Below, in pieces: positions 1-10,736 of a stretch of 32,531 bases of DNA. Under the pieces are notes generated by a model. That model had not been told where the DNA came from and did no database searches. It was given only the letters and a program-made list of their open reading frames with translations. The stretch is from Pelomyxa schiedti (Eukaryota; Protista; Evosea): positions 1-32,531 of the forward strand of contig JAHLWZ010000567.1 of the NCBI GenBank assembly GCA_020536535.1, read 5' to 3'. The first letter of the stretch is position 1; every line of letters begins with the position of its first letter. A program made the translations under genes and the position numbers.

Positions 1-169
1 ACGCGACGCTAGTGTTTCCTGGTTTGCAGCCAATATCAAAAGCAGGCTGGTATAAGTTGTACAAGCCAGGCGCCCCAGTTGTTGTATAGGGTGGTACCCT
101 CATGCAAAGGTCTTCCATGAATCCATAGGCCACGCCAGCAAACAGAACAAACAATATAACTGCCTTCAT
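1..169 (-). CDS. 5' exon of a second (probably allelic) copy of the secreted Zn-PLC/P1-like protein; continues off the window
   Basis: ATG at 169; MKAVILFVLFAGVAYGFMEDLCMRVPPY... is nearly identical to the exon starting at 10398. Confidence 0.75.
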   Translation of the reverse strand, partial: MKAVILFVLFAGVAYGFMEDLCMRVPPYTTTGAPGLYNLYQPAFDIGCKPGNTSVA

Positions 170-498
170 GCTTGGTTTTGTTGGTTTCGTTTAACTTAAT
201 GTTTGTTGTGTTTTTTTGCTCTTTGCCTCCTGTGGTTTTTTTGGTTGTTCCTCTTTTTCGAGAAAGCAGGAACGGGAATTCGTTCTGGATAAGGAACCCA
301 TCGCATGGCACATCTGCCGTCATTGGACAAACCCCAACGTCCAAAATCAAAATCTTCACACCCACCGAATAAATTTGGTCTGAGACCGCGGATCTGGTCC
401 CGAGACGACCAGATAGATTCTCTGGCCTAGAGACTCATCAACGAGTCCCACTGCCCCCGCTGTCAAACGAGAAAAGGTGGTTTGTTTTTTATATGCTG

Positions 499-783
499 TT
501 AATGGGAATTTTTGTTTGCAGAGAGAAGACCAAAGAGCCAGTCGAGGCCTTCATATATTCCATCGGCAGTTATTGCGGTACAGGCCTGACAGAGCCACAT
601 TGGGTGAGAGAATAGCGGGAGATTGTTCAGCCTGAGCCTCTTTGCTACTTCCGGTGCCGGAATTGCATGCGGCAGGTCCTGCTTGTTGGCTGTATATTTT
701 ATTCAGTGAGAAAAGGAATAGAAACTCGGATTTGATACCAAAAAACAGGAACGGGATCCCGGAAAGTGATGGCTCAGCTGCAG
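499..783 (-). CDS. 3' exons (Arf G4/G5 region) of a second copy of the RCC1-F-box-Arf gene
   Basis: Splices to [36 protein letters not shown]...[30 protein letters not shown]; duplicate of 10737-11021. Confidence 0.75.
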
Positions 784-830
784 CCTGAAGGATATTTATA
801 AAGGTAATAATGAGCGCTTGGGTGAATTAA

Positions 831-930
831 NNNNNNNNNNNNNNNNNNNNNNNNNNNNNNNNNNNNNNNNNNNNNNNNNNNNNNNNNNNNNNNNNNNNNN
901 NNNNNNNNNNNNNNNNNNNNNNNNNNNNNN
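831..930. other. 100-N scaffold gap (others at 7667-7766, 11069-11168, 13760-13859, 16074-16173, 29256-29355, 31925-32024)
   Basis: Uniform 100-N runs. At five gaps the 121 nt before the gap recur right after it; at 831 and 16074 they recur at the end of the partner copy. Confidence 0.95.
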
Positions 931-1029
931 TAAAATTCCCTTTTATCACCCAACAACAACAGGACTGTGGATGCCAGAAGGTTCCGAACAGAGTGAATTC
1001 TCAAACCACTTCGCCCCACTCCACTGGCT

Positions 1030-2466
1030 TCACTCACTGTCACTCACCCACTTTCGCACCACCTTGAGGGTAACAACTGAGTGGTTTGTTTTGGGGTTCC
1101 AGAGAGTACCTGTCCTCGTGAGAACCTCCTTCTCCTCTGCATTAACCTCAATCCCAGCCAGAGACCTTTCCACTGTCTCCAGCATCAGCATGCAGGGATG
1201 GGTGGGCATCAGACCAAATGAAGTTGCCACGTTCCCAAAAGGAGCTTTTGTGAAGACCTTGGTGCCTTGGGCTTCATCATCCACATCGTGGATGAGGTGG
1301 CAACCTTGGTCCAGCCTGACCACTTGGGAGCCACTGCAAAAGATCCACATCCCATAGAATGTGCCAATCTCTCCAGAGGGAACGGAAAAGAGATGGGCAA
1401 AACCACTGTCGGCGGCAATGAATGCAGTTCCTCCTCTTGTTGCTGCTGATTTGAGGATGAATTGTGACCAATTCACCTTCCTACGGCAGAATTCTTGCCT
1501 GCTGTTCAGTAGGGAAAAGGATGAGTGGTTGGTGGGAAGATCAACACTCCAACTGCAGAATTCTCTTCCTTGCCAGTTCAGGGAGGACAAGGATGTGTGG
1601 TTGGTGGCAAGATCTACAGTGAGCACTTGAAATGAGGAGATGCTGTCCCGCCGGGGGAACAGTGAAATCTCGTTGCCTGGTTCAATGGAAGAACTGAAAC
1701 ATGTGAACTGCACCTGCTCGAACTTCTGAGGCACCTCAAACGTGGTGGAAGTGCTCTGTATCAAGGTGTCAACCACTTTCCACACTCTAACCACAATCAC
1801 ATGTGTTTCCTCAGTGCTTGACTGGCCCAGTGCGACCACCCAGTGTGGGTTGCACGCTGCAACTACTTCTCCAGTTCCAAACATCTCCTCACTTCCCCCA
1901 ACAGTATCACGCCTATTGTCCCTCGTGTCCCACCTCTGAAGCTTGCCAGACCAGAGGCCCGGCAAAGCCCTGAGCAAAACGTGGCCGACAGTGTCAAGCT
2001 GACCAACAACCGCGGACCTCTTTGGGACATCATCCACACACACAGGAACGGAACACACACCCCCAGTGGGCGACACCCTGAAGGTAGCCAGGCACCCACA
2101 CGGATGATCGGCCTTGGCGTCGCCCCACGCGACCGCATCTGTGGCGCAAGCACACTGCCCAGCACGGCCAAGTACCCAGCTTTGGCACAGCTCCTGCATA
2201 ATCGACGCCGTCACGATCCTCACTGGCGAGCCACGTGCGCACCTCCACGTCGGTGTCACCGCCATGCCGCAGCACACGGCAAGTGCCTGGTCACGTGCCC
2301 AGGTGTGCACCGTAAACGTGAACTCTGTTATCTGGGGTACAACAAAAGCAACAACAAAAAAACAGGGAAAGTAAAACACATTAAGGGTGGTGTTGTAGTT
2401 TGTTGGGGTCGGCGGTCGTACCGGACGTTTGTCACTCATTTCTTCACGTTCAGAGAAGAAGTCCAT
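1030..2466 (-). CDS. Lineage-specific expanded-family protein (N-terminal ARDQ...CARGSP motif)
   Basis: 478-aa ORF containing WARDQALAVCCG...RCARGSPVRIVTASIMQELCQSWV; probable in-frame 48-nt intron at 2332-2379 (GTGTTTT...CCCCAG). Confidence 0.7.
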   Translation of the reverse strand: MDFFSEREEMSDKRPVRPPTPTNYNTTLNVFYFPCFFVVAFVVPQITEFTFTVHTWARDQALAVCCGMAVTPTWRCARGSPVRIVTASIMQELCQSWVLGRAGQCACATDAVAWGDAKADHPCGCLATFRVSPTGGVCSVPVCVDDVPKRSAVVGQLDTVGHVLLRALPGLWSGKLQRWDTRDNRRDTVGGSEEMFGTGEVVAACNPHWVVALGQSSTEETHVIVVRVWKVVDTLIQSTSTTFEVPQKFEQVQFTCFSSSIEPGNEISLFPRRDSISSFQVLTVDLATNHTSLSSLNWQGREFCSWSVDLPTNHSSFSLLNSRQEFCRRKVNWSQFILKSAATRGGTAFIAADSGFAHLFSVPSGEIGTFYGMWIFCSGSQVVRLDQGCHLIHDVDDEAQGTKVFTKAPFGNVATSFGLMPTHPCMLMLETVERSLAGIEVNAEEKEVLTRTGTLWNPKTNHSVVTLKVVRKWVSDSE

Positions 2467-2653
2467 CCTTGATTGTTATCTGTTGTTGATTTGATTGATT
2501 CCAAGGAAATCTTCACCCACAAAATTAATTATTCTTGGGAACGAGAACCTTGGCCCTTTTACTCTGTCTCATCTGTTCCCTCTGTTTCAGTTAGAAATAA
2601 TAGAGTTGTCTTTTGTAAATGGTATTGTTTCTTCTTTGTACAACACTGAGGCC

Positions 2654-3834
2654 TCACAGCAGGGCAACAACAGACAAACTGAACGATTGCCTTGGCTTGG
2701 GCATTTTCATAATTGCTGGTAATGGTGTCCACCTCATTGCGTGTGTGTCCAACTTGGAAACTTCATCAGAGGCGAAAGGAGTGTCACCACCAAGAACCAT
2801 CACTGCATCATCATCAACGGGACAGCAAGAACAACCACAGAACACCTTCCTCTCTGGAGGGATTTTAACCTCAGCCCATGTGTCAGTCCTCAGGTCATAG
2901 AATTCTGCAGATTCCATTTCAAATGATTCAGCAGACCTGCCAGCGATCACCATGGCTCTGGTTGATGGCCCGCTCCCAACAGGCACACAGCAGTGGGCTG
3001 CCCTTGCGTGGGGCATGGCCGCAGCAGTCCTCCATGCACCAGCCGTGATGTCATAAATAAAGGTGTCTCGGCAGACTGGCCCGAACTTGGGTCCACAGTC
3101 TCCTTCATCAGGGGAACAGCTGCCATCATCGCTGTGCGCTCTGCGTTTGGGTTCACATGATGTGAATCCACCTGTGACTATCACGCTGTTGCCAATTGTG
3201 CAAGCAGCAAGAGAAACCCGCGGGCCCGGCAACGGTGCCAAGGGTTGCCATGATGCTGTCCTGGTATCTAACATGTGAACCTGCCAGAAAATTTTAGCGG
3301 TTACAAAGAATAACAAACTCACCTGGTTCTTAATCTGCCAAGAAGAAGCTCCCCCTACAAGTAGTATAGAGTAGTCCCCAATTGAGCAAGATGCGTGCGA
3401 GTATGATTCATCAGGAAGATCCGGAAGTTTCATCCAAACTCCAGAGCAAGAGTCAAACATCTCACAGGTATTGCTTACAGTGTTGAAGTCAACAACTATC
3501 ATTCCGCCCATAACCACCACCCTGTATGGGTTTCCACGTAAAGTACAACTAGTATGATTGTCACGCAGTGATGTCATGTGACCAAGCTTTCTCCAAGATA
3601 AATCACCTTTGTGTGGGATGAAAATTACTAAACACACGTACATATATATAAAGGTTATTTATGATTCGCAATGTAACAACACAGTACACTACCTAAATCC
3701 AGCAGTGACGCATCACAGCTGGGGCTGCTTCTTTTTCCACCAGTCACAATAATTCCTGTGTGAGTAAGTATTCAAAACAAACTGCTCGCAAATAATTACA
3801 GAAAACGAAAACGACCTTGGTGACACGATGCCAT
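2654..3834 (-). CDS. Kelch-repeat beta-propeller protein (paralogue 1)
   Basis: Repeated GG + W motifs: VVVMGG, ILLVGG, VIVTGG, VMVLGG, W..LAPLPGPR, W..AAAMPHARAAH. Inferred start MASCHQ|GIIVTGG at 3834; several short introns. Confidence 0.85.
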
Positions 3835-3944
3835 TGGTACAAACGGTGAAACTTGTTGATGGTTTCCGAGAATGGTGCACCATTTTATCGTTGAACAAGG
3901 TAAGCTGACCGTTAACTGAGGATGGTTTTTTTTTGTGGGAAATC

Positions 3945-5088
3945 TTAATCAACGGCAATAACACAGGAACTGAATGATTGCCTTGGTGCTGGCATTTTGG
4001 GACTCTTTCGTGCTGACCATGTCATTGTATGTGTGTCCAACTTGGAGGCTTCATCAGAGGCGAAAGGAGTGTCACCACCAAGAACCATCACTGAGTCATC
4101 ATCAACGGGACAGCAAGAACAACCACAGAACACCTTCCTCTCTGGGGGAATTGGAACCTCAGCCCATGTGTCAGTCCTCAGGTCATAGAATTCTGCCGTT
4201 TCCATCAGGAGTGATTCAGCAGACCTTCCACCAATCACCATGGCTCTGGTTGATGGCCCGCTCCCAACAGGCACACAGCAGTGGGCTGCCCTTGCGTGGG
4301 GCATGGCTGCGGCAGTCCTCCATGCACCGGCAGCGATATCATAGATAAAGGTGTCTCGGCAGACTGGCCCGAACTTGGGTCCACAGCCTCCTCCATCAGG
4401 GGAACAACTGCCACCTGTGACAATCACGCTGTTGCCAATTGTGCAAGCGGCAAGAGAAACCCGCCGGCCCGGCAATGATGGCAAAGGTTGCCATGACGCT
4501 GTCCTTACGTCCAACATATGAGCCTGCTAGTGAGTTAGCCCATCTGGTCGATAAACAAGACGTCACCTGATTCTTGATCTGCGATGAAGAAGCTCCCCCT
4601 ACGAGTAAGATGGAGAAATCTCCAATCAAGCAAGATGCGTGTGAATATGATTCATCAGGAAGTGCCGGAAGGTCCTCCGAATCTCCAGTTTCAGAGTCAA
4701 ACATCTCACAGTTATTTGTTGCGGTGTTGAGTTCAACAACCACCAATCCCCCCATGAACAACATTCTGTATGGGTTTCTGGGTAGAGTGCAACTGGTATG
4801 ACTCGCCCGCGGTATTGACATTTCCCCAATCTTTCTCCAAGGTAAAGCAGTTTCATCTGGTGTGCGGGTGAAGTTAGTAGGTTCCGGTCCATACATTATT
4901 ATTCTATTCATTCTCAATTTGTTATTACTATTGCAAAAATGAGGGGTAGTAAGTGCACGATACATAAATCCAGCATTTGCAGGTCGCTGCTGGAACTGCC
5001 TCCTGCTCCGCCACTCACAACAATGCCTGTGTGATGTTCATCAGCACACACACTCATACTAATTAAAAACAAAACAACCTCGGCGCAT
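3945..5088 (-). CDS. Kelch-repeat beta-propeller protein (paralogue 2)
   Basis: Tandem paralogue with matching exon layout. Inferred start MRR|GIVVSGG at 5088; MLFMGG, ILLVGG, VIVTGG, MVIGG, VMVLGG. Confidence 0.85.
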
Positions 5089-5271
5089 GTCTGTTTTTTT
5101 TTTTTTAATAGATGAGATGAGGAGGCCAAGAATCCATTCGGAATTCGATTGGCATCACCGGTTCCCCTCCTGCCGCCACAACATCTCCGATGGTTTCGAC
5201 TCAGGCCATTGAGTACATCACTTATTTTTGATGGAAAGGATGCGGGATTCCGTTAACTGATTTGCTGTCTG

Positions 5272-6651
5272 ATGGCAGGCAACACGGATTTCGTCGCCAT
5301 ACCAACTCTGGAGGCCCGTAACCAGATCGCCACCCTCCTCCTGGCCGCCGGCTCCTCCCTCCCGGCCCCCCACTGCGGCCCCGCGTCACCTCCTCCGACC
5401 CTGGCCCGCCACGCCCACACGCTGGCCCGCCTGCTCTGGGACGTGGCCCGCGCCACGACCACCTCCTTCGTGGTGGTCGCCAGAGGCATGGCGCGGTCCC
5501 GCGCCTACTGCCCCGACGACGACGACGCCGACTACGACGAGACCCTGGACATCCCGGCGGAGGCGGCCCTGCTCCTCCGCGTGTCCCCCCTGCTCGGCAG
5601 CGTCGTGGGCCACGCGGAGCTCCGCGACCCGCCGGGGAGCCAGGGGCGCTACTGGGCCACCTGGCGCTGGTTCGTGCAGCCCCGCCAGCGCCCCAGCGAC
5701 CACGCGTGGTGGTGGTGCCTCGTGGACTCCGGGAGAAGAAGCCCTGCCCGGCAGCCGGGACATGATTGTGACGGCGGCGGGGAGCGGGAGTGGGCGCAGG
5801 GGCTGGTGCGCGGGGTGGCTCCGTGCACATGGGGGTTTTCTGGGCTGGGGGACGCTGTGAACGCGAGGTGGCTGGTGCAGTGCGGCAGGATCCCTGGTGG
5901 TTACGGTGGCGGCATGGAGTTGGTTCTGATAACACACCGGCTGCGCGTGCCCGAGGAATCATCGGGAGGAACGGGGAATTGCTGTGCTGATGGCGGTGAG
6001 GCTGGGTCCAGCACGATTGTGCATTTGCCGGATTCCTTTGGCGGCTCCTCCCCTTTTACTAGGATGATTTTGACGCTCACCAAATACTGGCCTGACGAAT
6101 TGGTGCTTGTTGTGGTCAGGCCAGAGGACCCTCCTCCTCACCTCTACGTAGTGGATTTAGCGAAACTACACTCCACTGGGAAGTGGAGTTTCGTCAGCAT
6201 GATGCCGGTCACAGTACCTCTCCACAACGTAGCCGCGGCACTCGCAATGAGGAAAAGCAATGGGGCCCACACTTTCTTGGTGCAAGGGCACACAAGCGAG
6301 GGATACTGGGCTGCCTTCCTAGTGGAATCGAATTGCGAATCAAGGAAGCTGCATGGTGCATGTTCCCAGCTCAGTGCCTGTGAGTATGTTATTGAGAGTA
6401 TCTATTGCTCGCGTGAGCCAGTGGAAGTCTGGGACTGCAACGAGCCAACAAAGCCCTCCAAAGTTGTGCCACTTGAACGCCCCAGTAACCAACCAAATAC
6501 TACCACAGTGACGGGGGCATCAGGCTTCCTGTTTGACACCGACACTGTTGCATCACACTTCACAATAATCGACCCAACTTCGCAGAAGACTGTGCTCAGA
6601 GTGGTTTCCAATTGGAAAAGCCTAACACTCTCCATTGAGTTCTCTTCTTGA
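5272..6651 (+). CDS. Lineage-specific expanded-family protein, intronless
   Basis: 459-aa ORF; N-terminal EARNQIATLL...HCGPASP...LARLLWDV; beta-rich C-terminus (VEVWDCNEPTKP, ASGFLF). Confidence 0.8.
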   Translation: MAGNTDFVAIPTLEARNQIATLLLAAGSSLPAPHCGPASPPPTLARHAHTLARLLWDVARATTTSFVVVARGMARSRAYCPDDDDADYDETLDIPAEAALLLRVSPLLGSVVGHAELRDPPGSQGRYWATWRWFVQPRQRPSDHAWWWCLVDSGRRSPARQPGHDCDGGGEREWAQGLVRGVAPCTWGFSGLGDAVNARWLVQCGRIPGGYGGGMELVLITHRLRVPEESSGGTGNCCADGGEAGSSTIVHLPDSFGGSSPFTRMILTLTKYWPDELVLVVVRPEDPPPHLYVVDLAKLHSTGKWSFVSMMPVTVPLHNVAAALAMRKSNGAHTFLVQGHTSEGYWAAFLVESNCESRKLHGACSQLSACEYVIESIYCSREPVEVWDCNEPTKPSKVVPLERPSNQPNTTTVTGASGFLFDTDTVASHFTIIDPTSQKTVLRVVSNWKSLTLSIEFSS

Positions 6652-6739
6652 CGGTCGCTTCCCTGCTTTTCTACTAAACAAAATAAAACAAAAACTCTTT
6701 GTTGCCCCAACAGAGGAACTAACTGTTCACGTTATAATA

Positions 6740-8349
6740 ATGGCAACATCAATCCCCCACTCCAATGAGAACTTCGTCGCGATACCGCGGCTGATGGCGC
6801 GAGACCAGATCGCGGCTCTGCTCCCTGCCGGGCGTCGTCCCTGTGCCTCCTCCTCCCCCACCACCACCGTCCCCAGCACGGCTACGACGGCCCGGCTGGC
6901 CCAGCAGGCCCACCACCACACGGTCGCGCGCCTGGTGTGGGATCTGGTCGGCGCCACGTCCGCGTCGTTCGTGGTGTTTGTCTGCGGGCGGGAACCTCCC
7001 GAGCAGGGCGCGGCGCTGTTCCTGCGGGTGTCCCCGATCCTGCTGAGCCTCACGGGCCAACTGGAGCAGAGGGAGGTGCCGGGGCGCGACGGGCACTTAT
7101 GGGTGGACGACCGCTGGTTCCTGCTGCTGCGGCAGCTCCCAAGTGATGGAGGCAAGCTGTGGTGGTGCCTCGTGGATTCAGTGCACACAACTACTACTAC
7201 CGCTAGTCGAGAGAGTGGTTGTAGTGATGGAGGATGTGATCAGGATGGGGATGGGGACGGGGACGGGGATGGGGATTGCGAGAGGGGAGAGAGATTCGGG
7301 TCCGTGCTTGGGGTTGTGGGGTGGGACGAGGACGAGGAGTACAGTTGCATGTGTACCGCTGCGAATTCGATGTGGATGGCGAGGTGTGGCAGGCTTGGTG
7401 GGGAATTGGTTCTGATTACTCGCAGGCTGCCTACTCTGCCGATTGGGTCACCGGGAGGGGGAGGTTGTGTTGGAAGTGGGGGCAGTTCTGGGGGTTCCAC
7501 TTTTGTGAACTTGCATACTTCCTTCATCATTGGCAGGGTGCTTTTAGAGTTCACCAAGCACTGGCCGGGTGAATTAGTGCTGGTCTTCACGCCAGCACAC
7601 CAACAACATCCTTGCCTCTACGTGATTGACATAGAGAGGTTGCACTCCACTGGTACCTGGTGTTTTNNNNNNNNNNNNNNNNNNNNNNNNNNNNNNNNNN
7701 NNNNNNNNNNNNNNNNNNNNNNNNNNNNNNNNNNNNNNNNNNNNNNNNNNNNNNNNNNNNNNNNNNAGAGTTCACCAAGCACTGGCCGGGTGAATTAGTG
7801 CTGGTCTTCACGCCAGCACACCAACAACATCCTTGCCTCTACGTGATTGACATAGAGAGGTTGCACTCCACTGGTACCTGGTGTTTTGTAAGCATGACTC
7901 GGCTCACAGTACCTCTCGTTGTATCAGCACATGCAATGAGGAAGAGGAACGGTTCCCGCTCTTTCTTGGTCCAAGGATACACAAGTGACGGAAACCGGGG
8001 TGCATTCCAAGTGGAGGAAATAAGTGGAGATGCAATTAAGCTGGGGCATTCCTGTTCCCAGCTCAGTGACTGTGAGTACCTTGCTGAGAGGCATCTTTGT
8101 TACCCTTGTGAGCCAGTGGAAGTCTGGGACTGCAATGATCCGACAAAGCCCTCCAAAGTTGTCCCAATTGATTTCCCCAAGGGCCGGGAAGGAATCAGCA
8201 GAGTGACTGGGGCATCAGGCTTCCTGTTTTACACCAACCCTGATGAATCCTGCTTCACTGTGATGGACCCAACCTCACGGCTATCCCTACTTACAGTCAA
8301 GTTCCCACAGTGGCAGCTCTTACGACTGTCAATTGAATTCTCCCACTGA
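6740..8349 (+). CDS. Lineage-specific expanded-family protein, tandem paralogue of 5272-6651 (interrupted by an assembly gap)
   Basis: MATSIPHSNENFVAIPRLMARDQIAALL...; 7546-7666 is repeated at 7767-7887 across the gap, and collapsing it gives one ORF; shares VEVWDCNDPTKPSKVVP and GASGFLF. Confidence 0.8.
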
Positions 8350-8474
8350 ATTTGGTTGGCATCATCGACAAAATGAAATTGACCAACTAGGGCTAAATAA
8401 CAACAACACAAAATTTGTGATAGAAGATTTAGCAGAATAATAAATTATGCATCTTCATAAGATCGCGAGCACGA

Positions 8475-10398
8475 TCAGTGGTGGGCCTTTGGGTCCGTTG
8501 TTGTGGTTTTCGGGACACAGACGGTGGAATAGTTGGGGAACCCAGGGAGTGTGTCGAATCCGAAGGACTGGAGCTTCGACAGGTAAAGTGACATCCTGGA
8601 GCCCGCGTCGGCTACTTTTACAACGTCGGCCATGGCCGCAATGGGGTCGACCTTGACCGTGTGTTTGTGCTTGAACCATTCTGAGTGCTGGTTTTTCTGT
8701 TTCGGCATGGTTAGAAATTAAGTCAGCAAGCAAGTCAGTAATTAATTAATTAATAAGACTGGGACGGGAGTGTGTGCGCGCTAGCGATAATTAATTCCGG
8801 TAACATCCGCACATATTTATATGGGATGCGGTTATCACCGCTATTGTAATTATGAATTATTACATTATGTACATAGAGTCAGTGAGAGATGAAAAATAGT
8901 ATTTTACCATTTCGCTGACCCAGTCACTCATTTCTTGCCAAAGGACAGGGAGAGCACTGGCTGTTTGGGCCACGTTGGGGGTGTGGCCGATTTCCCAGTA
9001 GTGCTGAAGAGTGTGTATTCCGGTGTTGCACATCTGGGGGTCGTACTTGGCGTTGTATACTGGCGGCGAGTCTTTAATCCTCACCATGTTGGTTCCCTTG
9101 GAATCAGTGCAGTAATAGTGCGAGACACGGTCTCCAAGTATGTGGGAATAAATTCCGTATCTGATAATTTCCTCAGGAACATGCTTTCCGTTTGACAGGA
9201 CGGAGTATCTATAGTTTTATCAGAATATGACTTCCACAAGAGAACTATACTTACTGAGGGTAAGCCCTGAGCCATTCCTGAATGTCATTGAGGGTATAGG
9301 TCTGTACAATTTTTAGTCAAAAACTCAAAAGGAAGGGTCACATACATCCTGAAGGGGCATGGGACCAAAGTGATTTACTACATCAACAACTGTCTTCACG
9401 GTGGAAACAAGTGCCGGTGTGTTGATGAAGATGTAAGCCATTTCTGCGCGAGATACAGTTCGGGTTCCAGTCAGGAACATAGTGAGAGTGGAATTGATGT
9501 ATCCCTCAGACGAACGGCAGACGGGACCAGTGAAGAGATTCTCTAATAATTACTGGTAAGCGATTCAAGTTAAACGGATATAAGTTCTCACCGTTGATCC
9601 AAGGGATGGTGAAGCCCATAAGGCACCCTTCGTGATGCTCTTGATGATGCTTGTGACCATCGTGATCGTGATGATCCTCTCTGTGGTCATCAGACGCACG
9701 GTGATGATCATGATGTGCTAGAAGCAATCAGAAAGGGAGCCTTGTAGAAAAACCGCTACTTACGGTCAGAATAGGCCCAGTCCCTGTACGATGCAACGAA
9801 TCCCTCATTTACGTGATCGTGAACATCAGGGTTCAGGCCATTCCCGTAGTGACCATCATAGGTAAGCGGAAGATGAGAAATATATCCTCCTGTGGACATG
9901 TTCAAGCGGCGCATTCCAAGCATTGGGGGTGCCTGATTCAAGTAAGTAAGGAAGGAATGAAAGAGAGAAAGAGTACATTCAACTTGTCATCCAGCCTGTT
10001 ACCACAAGCATCGCAACCAAAGAATTCAGGCAAATCAGAAGCACTGGTATAGACACCAAGTTGATAAGCATACTCGCTCTTCATTCCCAATGCTTGCGCC
10101 ATCATATACGTGGACAACAAGTGGATTGAGCCAATACAGCACACAGGCGGGAACATAGCAGCTTGAGAAACAGCCTACGATTATAACAGGTAAGTAATTG
10201 TAATCGGAAAGGAGTGAATACCTTCAAACACGCGACGCTAGTGTTTCCTGGTTTGCAGCCAATATCAAAAGCAGGCTGGTATAAGTTGTACAAGCCAGGC
10301 GCCCCAGTTGTTGTATAGGGTGGTACCCTCATGCAAAGGTCTTCCATGAACCCATATGCCACGCCAGCAAACAGAACAAACAATACAACTGCCTTCAT
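8475..10398 (-). CDS. Secreted protein, putative Zn-dependent phospholipase C/P1-nuclease superfamily, with His-rich insert
   Basis: Signal-peptide-like N-terminus (MKAVVLFVLFAGVAYG). Spliced exons give IHLLSTYMMAQALG, RYGIYSHILGDRVSH (9118-9156) and HTLQHYWE, matching the HxxxDxxxH / HxxWE Zn-ligand pattern; the 3' exon boundaries are uncertain. Confidence 0.6.
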
Positions 10399-10736
10399 GC
10401 TGCTTGGTTTTGTTGGTTTCGTTTAACTTAATGTTTGTTGTTTTTTTTTTTGCTCTTTGCCCCTCCTGTGGTTTTTTTGGTTGTTCCTCTTTTTCGAGAA
10501 AGTAGGAACGGGGAATTCGTTCTGGATAAGGAACCCAACGCATGGCACATCTGCCGTCATTGGACAAACCCCGACGTCCAAAATCAAAATCTTCACACCC
10601 ACCGAATAAATTTGGTCTGAGATCGCGGATCTGGTCCCGAGACGACCAGATAGATTCTCTGGCCTAGAGACTCACCAAAGAGTCCCACTGCCCCCGCTGT
10701 CAAACGAGAAAAGGTGGGTTTGTTTTTTATTGGCTG

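Larger units (their letters stand above)
1..830. repeat. Near-identical copy of 10230-11068 (probable alternative haplotype)
   Basis: Colinear with scattered SNPs/indels. Both copies end in the same 121-nt sequence (710-830 = 10948-11068 = 11169-11289) immediately before a 100-N gap, with a SNP (709 a / 10947 g) just before that block. Confidence 0.9.

Noticed and set aside
36-372. ORF-track proteins of 109 aa and 66 aa (and 10265-10567)
   Set aside because: Frames are not conserved between the two near-identical copies; they overlap a spacer and the true exon in another frame
5185-5215. GGTTTCGACTC resembling a tRNA T-loop/B box
   Set aside because: No cloverleaf or acceptor stem can be built
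5222-5990. Long antisense and overlapping ORFs (also 28398-29189 plus and 31245-31922 minus)
   Set aside because: By-products of GC-rich or low-complexity coding sequence on the opposite strand
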